Assembly: GCA_964401135.1 (NCBI GenBank) | Contig: CAYNXC010000002.1 | Span: 16,457 to 80,456, forward strand | DNA: 64,000 bases | From: an uncultured Candidatus Saccharibacteria bacterium | GTDB lineage: Bacteria > Patescibacteriota > Minisyncoccia > Phycocordibacterales > UBA9988 | Direction: 5' to 3' | Shown: positions 10,942 to 18,686 of the stretch, piece after piece | Layout of the letters: every line of letters begins with the position of its first letter | Position numbering within the stretch: the first letter of the stretch is position 1 | Notes under the pieces: model-generated | The model's input: only the letters and a program-made list of their open reading frames with translations | What the model was told of the DNA's origin: nothing | The model's database searches: none | Translations under genes and position numbers: made by a program

Positions 10942-12618
10942 ATGCCAAAGCGCCATAAATACATCTTTATCCTCGGCGGTGTCATGTCAGGAGTAGGGAA
11001 AGGTGTAACGACTTCCTCCATTGCAAAAATTCTTAAAGCACGGGGCTACAAAGTCAACCCAGTTAAAATTGATCCATACCTGAATGTGGATGCCGGCACC
11101 ATGAACCCTATTGAGCATGGAGAAGTGTTTGTATTGGACTCTGGGCTCGAGTGTGATCAGGATATGGGCAACTATGAGCGCTTCTTAGATCTCACCCTAC
11201 CTCCAGAGAACTATATGACGAGCGGTATGGTCTACAAGCACATTATTGATAAAGAGCGTGCTCTTGGTTATGGTGGGAAGTGTGTGGACCCGGTACCTTA
11301 TATCTGTGAAGAGATTCATCGTCGCCTCAAGCGCTCGGAAGAGAAGACGGTAGCAGACATTACGCTTGTTGAGATAGGAGGGACCGTGGGTGAATACCAG
11401 AATACAATGTTTATTGAAGCGGCGCGCATTCTTAAGCTCAAGCATCCAGACGATGTGCTCTTTGTGTTAGTGAGCTACCTCCCCGTGCCTGGTAAGATCG
11501 GGGAGATGAAGACAAAACCAACACAGTACGCGGTGCGCACTATGAATAGCTACGGAGTGCATCCAGACATCATCATTGCGCGGAGCGACCGACCTTTGGA
11601 TAAAAAACGCAAAGAGAAGATTGCCGTCTCAAGTAATATCGCGGTGGAAGATATTATCTCTGCACCAGACACAGAGAGTATCTATGAGATCCCACTCAAT
11701 TTTGAAAAGGATGAACTCTCAAGCCGTCTCCTTGGACGATTGAAGCTCCGTCCAAAGCAGACTGATTTGAGTGACTGGCGAGCCATGTCTGCCCGTACAC
11801 AAAGAGCAAAAGAGGAAGTGTCAATCGCGATCGTGGGGAAGTACTTTAAGACGGGCGACTTTGTACTCTCTGATGTCTACATTTCAGTGATTGAATCGTT
11901 AAAGCACGCGGGCTCTGCGCTCAATAAGAAGGTTGTCATTAGCTGGCTGGATTCAACAGAATATGAGCCTGCCTCGCCGGAAGGTATGAAGGACGCAGAG
12001 AAGCCGAAAGGTCTATCGCAGTATGCAGGCATCTTGGTTCCTGGCGGTTTTGGCGAGCGTGGGGTGGAGGGCAAGATTAAGGTTATAGAGTACGCGCGTA
12101 CGCATCGGGTGCCCTACTTTGGCATCTGTTACGGCATGCAGTTGGCGGTCATTGAGTATGCACGGCATATACTTAGACTTCCCGGAGCGCATACGACAGA
12201 AATTGATCCGGAGACTAAACACCCCGTCATAGATATTATGCCAGAGCAGAAAGGACATATGCGTGATGCAAAGTATGGTGCAACGATGCGCCTAGGTGCA
12301 TTCCCAGCAGAGCTTACTTCTGGCACCATTGCCGCGCTCGCGTATAGGCAGAGTTCCATCAGTGAACGCCACCGACATCGCTATGAGGTGAACTCTGACT
12401 ATGTAAAACAGATAGAGGATGGAGGTGGGGTCTTTTCAGGGAAGTCGCCCAATGGAGTGCTGATGGAAATTTTTGAACTCCCTACAAGAGTACATCCATT
12501 CTTTGTGGGGACGCAGTTCCACCCCGAGTTTAAATCATCGCCACTCAATCCGCATCCACTCTTTGTCGCTTTTATCAAAGCGGCGGCACGATCTAAAGTC
12601 TCTCGACGAAGAAAGTGA
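10942..12618 (+). CDS. pyrG: CTP synthase
   Basis: N-terminus KYIFILGGVMSGVGKG and glutamine amidotransferase domain with GICYGMQ. 558 aa. Confidence 0.97.
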   Translation: MPKRHKYIFILGGVMSGVGKGVTTSSIAKILKARGYKVNPVKIDPYLNVDAGTMNPIEHGEVFVLDSGLECDQDMGNYERFLDLTLPPENYMTSGMVYKHIIDKERALGYGGKCVDPVPYICEEIHRRLKRSEEKTVADITLVEIGGTVGEYQNTMFIEAARILKLKHPDDVLFVLVSYLPVPGKIGEMKTKPTQYAVRTMNSYGVHPDIIIARSDRPLDKKRKEKIAVSSNIAVEDIISAPDTESIYEIPLNFEKDELSSRLLGRLKLRPKQTDLSDWRAMSARTQRAKEEVSIAIVGKYFKTGDFVLSDVYISVIESLKHAGSALNKKVVISWLDSTEYEPASPEGMKDAEKPKGLSQYAGILVPGGFGERGVEGKIKVIEYARTHRVPYFGICYGMQLAVIEYARHILRLPGAHTTEIDPETKHPVIDIMPEQKGHMRDAKYGATMRLGAFPAELTSGTIAALAYRQSSISERHRHRYEVNSDYVKQIEDGGGVFSGKSPNGVLMEIFELPTRVHPFFVGTQFHPEFKSSPLNPHPLFVAFIKAAARSKVSRRRK

Positions 12619-12651
12619 TGCGATAGTCTTGCGAGAAGGAGATCTTTTCTC

Positions 12652-13155
12652 TTATCTACCGAGCGTAATCGGGATCTCCATAGCGTCATCGTTCTCTGGC
12701 AAGCCGGAGGCATTACTCTTTTGTAGGATGAGCGAGCCACGGCTGGAGTAGCGTTCCTCTTTTGTGTCAAAGGTGAGTGTGGCGGTGAAGGGGACATAGT
12801 CAGTGGTCATCCAATCACTCTGCGCGGTGGCTACTCCCTGTGCAATGATCCTCCCATCCCAGTCAACAAGCACGACGGGGAAGGTGGCTTCAAAGTACCA
12901 CTGTCCGCGCGCTTCTCCTTTTACCGTGAGTGGACTCGTGATGGAGTCTCCCGCCTTGGGGTAGCTTACGCGAATGAGTTCGCTTTGCATTGGCTCAGAC
13001 ACAGGCACCTCTCCTGTCCTAGAAACATAAAGAAGCCCAATACCTGCGATGAGTATAATCACCGAAATAGGTATGAGAGTGCGTGCGTAAGGGGAGTGGG
13101 ACATATTATCTTTTACGCCCCCATTGTAAGCGGGGCTTTTCTCCGTGCTCTCCAA
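12652..13155 (-). CDS. Membrane-anchored Gmad2-like immunoglobulin-fold protein
   Basis: N-terminal TM helix followed by SPLTVKGEARGQWYFEATFPVVLVDWDGRIIAQG, typical of Gmad2 Ig-like domains. The start may be the internal ATG at 13104. Confidence 0.6.
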   Translation of the reverse strand: MESTEKSPAYNGGVKDNMSHSPYARTLIPISVIILIAGIGLLYVSRTGEVPVSEPMQSELIRVSYPKAGDSITSPLTVKGEARGQWYFEATFPVVLVDWDGRIIAQGVATAQSDWMTTDYVPFTATLTFDTKEERYSSRGSLILQKSNASGLPENDDAMEIPITLGR

Positions 13156-13191
13156 TAATACTCATACGGTAAAGGAAGCACAAGTTCAATA

Positions 13192-13262
13192 CTGCCGGGC
13201 AGGGACTCGAACCCCAATACCATGCTCCAGAGGCATGTGTCCTACCATTAGACGACCCGGCA
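13192..13262 (-). tRNA. tRNA-Gln (CTG)
   Basis: Reverse complement TGCCGGGTCGTCTAATGGTAGGACACATGCCTCTGGAGCATGGTATTGGGGTTCGAGTCCCTGCCCGGCAG. It has the U1:A72 pair typical of bacterial tRNA-Gln and the anticodon loop CTCTGGA. Confidence 0.85.
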
Positions 13263-13502
13263 ATAGCGTTCATACTCTACCACTTATATGATGCCTTTTC
13301 CATAGCCTTTCACCGCTCGTCTTAGGATAAGAAGAGAGTATAGTGAGTACAGAGCACATTTCTTTGAGATATATTAGACTAGAATAGTACCCAGTTATAC
13401 TCACATATCTTTCTCAAGTAGTACCATTCGCAGAAGTACGCATAAAAGATAATCCATCTGCGCTGGCGCGAGAGGGTACAGTGAACAAGAAAAGAATTAC
13501 TT

Positions 13503-14201
13503 ATGCTATCGCGCACTAGACGAGCAAAAATAGTCTCGCAAGAGTTAAAAAGACTTTTCCCGGGTGAATTAAAAACTCCACTCCACTACCGCACACCTTG
13601 GCAATTGCTAGTCGCGGTTATTCTCTCTGCGCAGTGTACTGACGAGCGAGTGAATGAGGTAACAAAAAAACTTTTTAGGAAGTATAAGAGTATCCACGCC
13701 TTTGCTTTAATTAAGCAAAGCGAGCTGGAGCAGGATATCTATTCAACAGGCTTTTACCGCAACAAGGCACAGAGCATCATCGGTGCAATGCGTGTGCTTG
13801 AGCATCGCTTTCACAGTACCTTACCAAAAACAATCCCAGAGATGCTCGTCATCCCCGGTGTAGGGAGGAAGACGGCCAGTGTGGTGCTTGGGCATATCTA
13901 CGGAGTGGTTGATGGAATTGCGGTAGATACGCATGTGCGTCGACTCGCGCGGAAGTTTGGGTTATCAGAGGAGTATGATCCTGGGAAGATAGAACGGGAC
14001 CTTATGGTACTGATCCCTAAAAAAGAGTGGTGGGATGTCGCCTGTCGACTCAAAGCATATGGGCGCATCTATAGTCCTGCTCGGCAAGGAGATGATGACC
14101 CTATATCTATCTGCCTTCAGCGAGGCAAGAAAAAGCCCCAACGCGCGAGTGCGGTTGGGGCTACAGAAAAAAGATCAAACAAAGATACTAGGCTACATTA
14201 A
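13503..14201 (+). CDS. nth: Endonuclease III-like HhH-GPD DNA glycosylase/lyase, lacking the C-terminal 4Fe-4S cysteine cluster
   Basis: TPWQLLVAVILSAQCTD, HhH motif PGVGRKTASVVL (catalytic Lys) and AVDTHV (catalytic Asp). The C-terminus has a basic tail in place of CX6CX2CX5C. Confidence 0.9.
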   Translation: MLSRTRRAKIVSQELKRLFPGELKTPLHYRTPWQLLVAVILSAQCTDERVNEVTKKLFRKYKSIHAFALIKQSELEQDIYSTGFYRNKAQSIIGAMRVLEHRFHSTLPKTIPEMLVIPGVGRKTASVVLGHIYGVVDGIAVDTHVRRLARKFGLSEEYDPGKIERDLMVLIPKKEWWDVACRLKAYGRIYSPARQGDDDPISICLQRGKKKPQRASAVGATEKRSNKDTRLH

Positions 14202-16661
14202 CTAATAGACGATCAGCTTTCTTCCGTACATATGCGGGAAGAAGTAGACACTGGGCCATGTGGCTCCGATTTCACCGGGACTCTTACGAGCCCCTCCGAA
14301 GGTGAAGATCCCACCCCACTTATCCAGTGTGTAAAAACCTTGAGGGCAGGATGGCGAGAAATCAAACTCTGTGAAGATTGATTCAGCATCAATCCCGTAG
14401 AGTCCCTCGTCTCCCTCATCTTGAGGTGTGGATGGGTCGTCAAACCCGTTCACGACATAAGGCATGCCGACGATGGTAATGAGCGACCCTGGATGAGCTG
14501 GATCGTCATTCCTGGTGAAGTAGACAGGGTTAGTGACCTTGTCTACGGGTACAGGATGTATTCCCCCCCATCCATCAAAGATAACGAGTCCTCTTTGACT
14601 TGGATGGAGCTCAATATCGCGAGCAATATCAAGTCCGGGAAAGAATGGCCACACATACGATTCTCCATCTAGGAGCTTGAGCGGATCGTCATTGGGACGA
14701 TCCGAGTATGTTCCTGGGAGCACTTCGGTGCCGTTCGCGTCAAGAAGGAATCTGCCCCCCTGACTATCTAGGATAATATACCCCTCGGCTGAATCATCCT
14801 TGTTGGGATTGATGACTGCAAAGGCGACAGCCCGGATGGATGCTCCTCCTGGATTTGGAAACCCAGCATGGCGCATCTGACCGAAAGGGATGTCGTAGCC
14901 GATAGGGAGCTGGTCGGTGTGCGGCACCAAGGCTCCTTGCCCTGGCACCTTCGCCGTCCCAGCTCGGTAGATACCACCAAAGTCGGTAAGTACCCAGAAG
15001 CCGTCTCCGCTCGGCGCGACTGTGAGATCTACTGCGCGCCCCATAGAGAATTGACCTCCCACTTGAAAGAAGAAGTCTTGCGTCGGTGTACTCACCGGAT
15101 TATTGATGAAAGTGGCAACGCCACTCCCATCAATGATTGCAAGATCTTCATCCTCTCGCACTCGTTCAGCATCAATTGCAACTCCCTGAGAGGACGCATA
15201 GCCCCCATTCATCACTGGCGGATTACCCGCCTTGTGTAGACTACCGAAGTTGTCTAGTACATAGAAGCCTCGGTCGCAGAAACTTTGGGTTTCTGTAGGG
15301 GTTGCAGACGGCGTGTTGGTTGGCGGGATAGTTGTACTTGTTGGCGTAGCAGTCGGTACAGAAGTCTTTGTCTGTGTTGCGGTCGGAGTCGGGGAGTGAG
15401 TATGTGTTGGTGTATTTTCCGGGCAACATCCTTTAGCGAGAAAACGACTGGCACGATTGTCCGATTCATTTTCTTCATCAATGAGATTGTCCGGGTCTAC
15501 TTCAACAGTAGCTCCATAACCACCGCTGCATACGGGATGGAATGGATCGTTTTTGATGACCCATACCTTCTCTGTATTTGGAGCGATCTCTCCATCCACG
15601 ACATCTTCGTAGTCTTTACCAAACAAATTGGCGAAGACACGAATATCTTCTACCGCCACAGACCCAGTGTTCATAATGTGAACGCGCAGAGCGTACACTG
15701 TCCAGTCTGCAATACATCCTCCTTCGGGAAATGCTTCCAGATCACTAGAGAGCAGTTCAAACCATGCCGAGAGGTTAGATTTTCCTGCTTGTGTCCCTGT
15801 TGCAGTTGCCGTCGCTGTGCTCGTAGGAGTAAATGTCTTCGTCGTTGTCGGTACAGAAGTCTTTGTCTGTGTTGCGGTCGGTACCCCAGTCTCTGTCTTG
15901 GTCGGTGTTGAAGTCTTTGTTGAAGTTGCCGTCCTCGTGTTGGTCTCTGTCTTTGTTGTAGTGACCGTCTTAGATGCCGTAGGCGTCCTCGTATTGGTCA
16001 CAGTCGGAACTCCTGTGTAGGTCTTGGTCTTACTCGCCGTCTTGGTAGGCGACGATGTAGGCCACAATGTGGCCGTCTTTGTTACCGTCGGCTCCCTCGT
16101 CTCTGTTTGTGTGGATGTGAGGGTTGCCTCCGCTTCTGATGCTGTTTTGGTAGCTGTACTCGTAGGAGTTTGCGTACTGGTGTGTGAGGCCGTGGGGGTG
16201 GGAGTTCTCGTTGCTGTATCACTCGCCACACTTGTTGGAGTGCTGGAAGGCGCCGCGCCTGGGCAATCACACGGGAAGTATGAGAGCCCGTTCTTGGCAT
16301 TATCCGCTCCCTCTGACACTTCCACCACACTATTATCCACATCAACAATGATACGGATGCCGTAGCGTTGGCATGGTGCATCTGTTGGGAGCACCCGATC
16401 AACCTCTAGGGTCTTTGTTTCCCCTGGAGCGAGCGAAGCTATCTCAAAGAATGTTTCTTCACCGTACATGGTGATGAGAACCCGGAAGTCTCTAGCTTCA
16501 GCGTCTCCGACATTTTTGATGACTCCGCTACCGTGATACGATTGTCCCCTCACGAGGCACCCAGTAGCGAAGTGATTCGCTACTGTAACCTGCAAGTCGG
16601 GGAGTGCGTATGCGGCAGAAGTCACACACAATACAACAAGCATCTCAACTATTTTCTTCAT
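14202..16661 (-). CDS. Large secreted surface protein: signal peptide, two CARDB-like domains, Thr/Pro-rich linkers, C-terminal repeat (beta-propeller-like) domain
   Basis: 819 aa. Signal peptide MKKIVEMLVVLCVTSAAYA. Two long linkers of TPTxT/TKT repeats. Five repeats of G(F/Y)(Y/W)xLDxxGG(I/L)(H/Y/F)xxG in the C-terminal half. Confidence 0.8.
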   Translation of the reverse strand: MKKIVEMLVVLCVTSAAYALPDLQVTVANHFATGCLVRGQSYHGSGVIKNVGDAEARDFRVLITMYGEETFFEIASLAPGETKTLEVDRVLPTDAPCQRYGIRIIVDVDNSVVEVSEGADNAKNGLSYFPCDCPGAAPSSTPTSVASDTATRTPTPTASHTSTQTPTSTATKTASEAEATLTSTQTETREPTVTKTATLWPTSSPTKTASKTKTYTGVPTVTNTRTPTASKTVTTTKTETNTRTATSTKTSTPTKTETGVPTATQTKTSVPTTTKTFTPTSTATATATGTQAGKSNLSAWFELLSSDLEAFPEGGCIADWTVYALRVHIMNTGSVAVEDIRVFANLFGKDYEDVVDGEIAPNTEKVWVIKNDPFHPVCSGGYGATVEVDPDNLIDEENESDNRASRFLAKGCCPENTPTHTHSPTPTATQTKTSVPTATPTSTTIPPTNTPSATPTETQSFCDRGFYVLDNFGSLHKAGNPPVMNGGYASSQGVAIDAERVREDEDLAIIDGSGVATFINNPVSTPTQDFFFQVGGQFSMGRAVDLTVAPSGDGFWVLTDFGGIYRAGTAKVPGQGALVPHTDQLPIGYDIPFGQMRHAGFPNPGGASIRAVAFAVINPNKDDSAEGYIILDSQGGRFLLDANGTEVLPGTYSDRPNDDPLKLLDGESYVWPFFPGLDIARDIELHPSQRGLVIFDGWGGIHPVPVDKVTNPVYFTRNDDPAHPGSLITIVGMPYVVNGFDDPSTPQDEGDEGLYGIDAESIFTEFDFSPSCPQGFYTLDKWGGIFTFGGARKSPGEIGATWPSVYFFPHMYGRKLIVY

Positions 16662-16898
16662 TTTACCATCCTCCTCTTTCGTCTCCGTCGGTTTTTATTT
16701 GTAGTTGCCTAGCAACTCTGTGTCAAAGACCTGTCTATGCCGCTCTTGCAGCATCCTCCTATTATAGCATAAGCAAATTAGTTTGGCAAGTGGTTAGCCA
16801 GCAGAGAATTGACATCATATTGGAAATATGCTATAGTTGGAAAACCCTGAAAAGGATTGACATTTTGGGGATTTACTAGTAGGGTCGTCGTGTTAGAC

Positions 16899-18158
16899 AT
16901 GATAAAGCTAAAAATTACTATGTATAAGCAAATATTCGCAAGTTCTCTTGTCGCTATCGCGCTCATCGCGCTTAGTGCAGCTCTCATACCAGCTTCACCA
17001 GTTCATGTTGCGCTTGCTGAAGAGGGGTTTTGTGGTGATCAGGTCGTTAATCAGTCATCGGAGGAGTGTGACGGCGGTGCTGGATGTACCAGTGGCTGTG
17101 TCTATGCCTTCTGCGGTGACGGAGTAGTGAATCAGGCGGCAGAGCAATGCGATGGTACTTCTGGAGTAACATCTGGTTTTAAATGCACCAGCGGCTGTAT
17201 TCTTACACCCGTGTCTGAAGCTCCATTTTGTGGAGATGGTATCGTGAACCAGCCTGACGAGAAATGTGACGGCGGTGCAAACTGTACCAGTGGCTGTCTT
17301 CTCAAAGAGGAAGGTGGTAATGGTGGTGGCGGTGGTGGGGGAGGTGGAGGTGGAGGTTCAAGTGGCGGCTCCTCATATCCTCGTCTCTCTGTTGCACAGA
17401 ACGGCGCTGTTCCCCAGGTTCGCGCTAATTCCAATACCGTCGGTTCTCTCTCTATCCGTAACTACGGCAGAGTGACTGCTCAGAATGTTGAGATATCCAT
17501 TGCTTCTCTCCCTGTAGGATTCTCTTACAACGGAAAAACTGCGGTTATCTCCACTTCTACTGTGTGGGTCATTACTAGCAATGATTTTACTAGCTCCACA
17601 GGGAGTGGATGGTTGTATCCTCGCCTCTGGCGCATCGGCAACCGACCGAATGGCGATATAGCGATCATGAACATTCCTCTTACTGTTGGTCCGAGCGTAA
17701 AGCCGGGGACCTACGAGATTAGAGTGAATGCTCACATCAGTAACGCAATGGTGATCGACAGAAATGTTCCTGCAACATTTAAGATTACTGTCGTTGCTGG
17801 GGCAACCCCTGTGGTAAAAGTTCCTGCTAAGACAGTCGTGAAGGCTCCCGCTAAGAAGCAGGTCGCGGCAGTTACCAAGCCCGCTGTGAAGCCTAAGGCG
17901 ACTTCAACCATCTGTATCCCGACAGACGAGTATGCTGCACTTATGGCGGCATCAACAACTAGTGTTGTCACCGAGCCTACGAATGCACTTGCCGCCCTCG
18001 GTCTTCTCTTTGACCTTGGGACGGGGAGTCCGTGCTTCGGCCTCCTCGTGCTCCTTCTGATTATTCTCGCGGTAATTATTGCCATCCGGCTCATCTTCCA
18101 CTATATGGATGCTGGGACTGATGGAGCTCCGCACAATCAGATGCCACTCATCAAGTAA
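16899..18158 (+). CDS. Secreted, C-terminally membrane-anchored protein with three Cys-rich repeats (Myxococcus-type CGDG...EECDG repeat), poly-Gly linker and CARDB-like domain
   Basis: FCGDxVVNQxxExCDG...C repeated 3 times, then a GGNGGGGGGGGGGGSSGGSS linker. The C-terminal TM helix is LLVLLLIILAVIIAIRLIF. The ATG at 16899 or 16920 precedes the signal peptide. Confidence 0.8.
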   Translation: MIKLKITMYKQIFASSLVAIALIALSAALIPASPVHVALAEEGFCGDQVVNQSSEECDGGAGCTSGCVYAFCGDGVVNQAAEQCDGTSGVTSGFKCTSGCILTPVSEAPFCGDGIVNQPDEKCDGGANCTSGCLLKEEGGNGGGGGGGGGGGGSSGGSSYPRLSVAQNGAVPQVRANSNTVGSLSIRNYGRVTAQNVEISIASLPVGFSYNGKTAVISTSTVWVITSNDFTSSTGSGWLYPRLWRIGNRPNGDIAIMNIPLTVGPSVKPGTYEIRVNAHISNAMVIDRNVPATFKITVVAGATPVVKVPAKTVVKAPAKKQVAAVTKPAVKPKATSTICIPTDEYAALMAASTTSVVTEPTNALAALGLLFDLGTGSPCFGLLVLLLIILAVIIAIRLIFHYMDAGTDGAPHNQMPLIK

Positions 18159-18176
18159 AGTAACTCCAACAAACAT

Positions 18177-18203
18177 AAAGACCCGCTTCAAGAGCGGGCT
18201 TTT
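18177..18203. terminator. Bidirectional intrinsic terminator between convergent genes
   Basis: Hairpin CCCGCT-tcaag-AGCGGG, flanked by an A-run upstream and a T-run downstream. Confidence 0.6.
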
Positions 18204-18215
18204 ATGTTGCGCGGC

Positions 18216-18665
18216 TTAAAACAGCGACTCTACAATTTTTTTAACTTCTGTCCCATCCGCATTTCCACCGAGCTCTTTCATGACCGCGCCAACGAGGATC
18301 CCGACTTTACCCGTGTCACTCATCCCCAGTTCCGCCTTTTTCGCTTCTGCAATGCGGCGGATATCATCCTCTCCCGCATTCTTGGGGAGTAAGGGTTCAA
18401 TATAAGTAAGCTCCTTTTCCTCTTGTGCTACCAGGTCGGCACGGCCACCTGCCGAGAATTGCGCAATGGAATCTTTATGTTGCTTGACTGCCCGTCTAAT
18501 GACGCGTAGTGCCAGCTCATCTGGCACGGGACTGTCGGGCGCTTTTTTTTCCGCAACCAGCTCGTTGGTGAAGGCGGCAAGGAGTGACCTCAAGGTATTG
18601 ACCTTAGTTGTATCCTTCTGTCTCATTGCCTCCTTCATATCATTTTTGACGCTTTCTTGTATCAT
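18216..18665 (-). CDS. GatB/YqeY domain-containing protein
   Basis: 149 aa. The patterns MKEAMRQKDTTKVNTLRSLLAAFTNE and ...AEKKAELGMSDTGKVGILVGAVMKEL are typical of the YqeY family. Confidence 0.85.
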   Translation of the reverse strand: MIQESVKNDMKEAMRQKDTTKVNTLRSLLAAFTNELVAEKKAPDSPVPDELALRVIRRAVKQHKDSIAQFSAGGRADLVAQEEKELTYIEPLLPKNAGEDDIRRIAEAKKAELGMSDTGKVGILVGAVMKELGGNADGTEVKKIVESLF

Positions 18666-18686
18666 AGGTAATCATTCTAGCATCCT

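Noticed and set aside
15285-16402. Long plus-strand ORFs (208, 113, 67 aa) and alternative minus-frame ORFs rich in V, C and R across the Thr/Pro linker DNA.
   Set aside because: These are antisense or off-frame readings of low-complexity ACx/CCx repeat DNA belonging to the 819-aa surface protein. They have no start context and no recognisable domains.
17317-17361. GGT/GGA/GGC-rich DNA run, as a possible simple-sequence or G-quadruplex element.
   Set aside because: It is in frame and encodes the poly-Gly/Ser linker of the Cys-rich surface protein. The antisense poly-Pro ORF (17132-17434) is a by-product.
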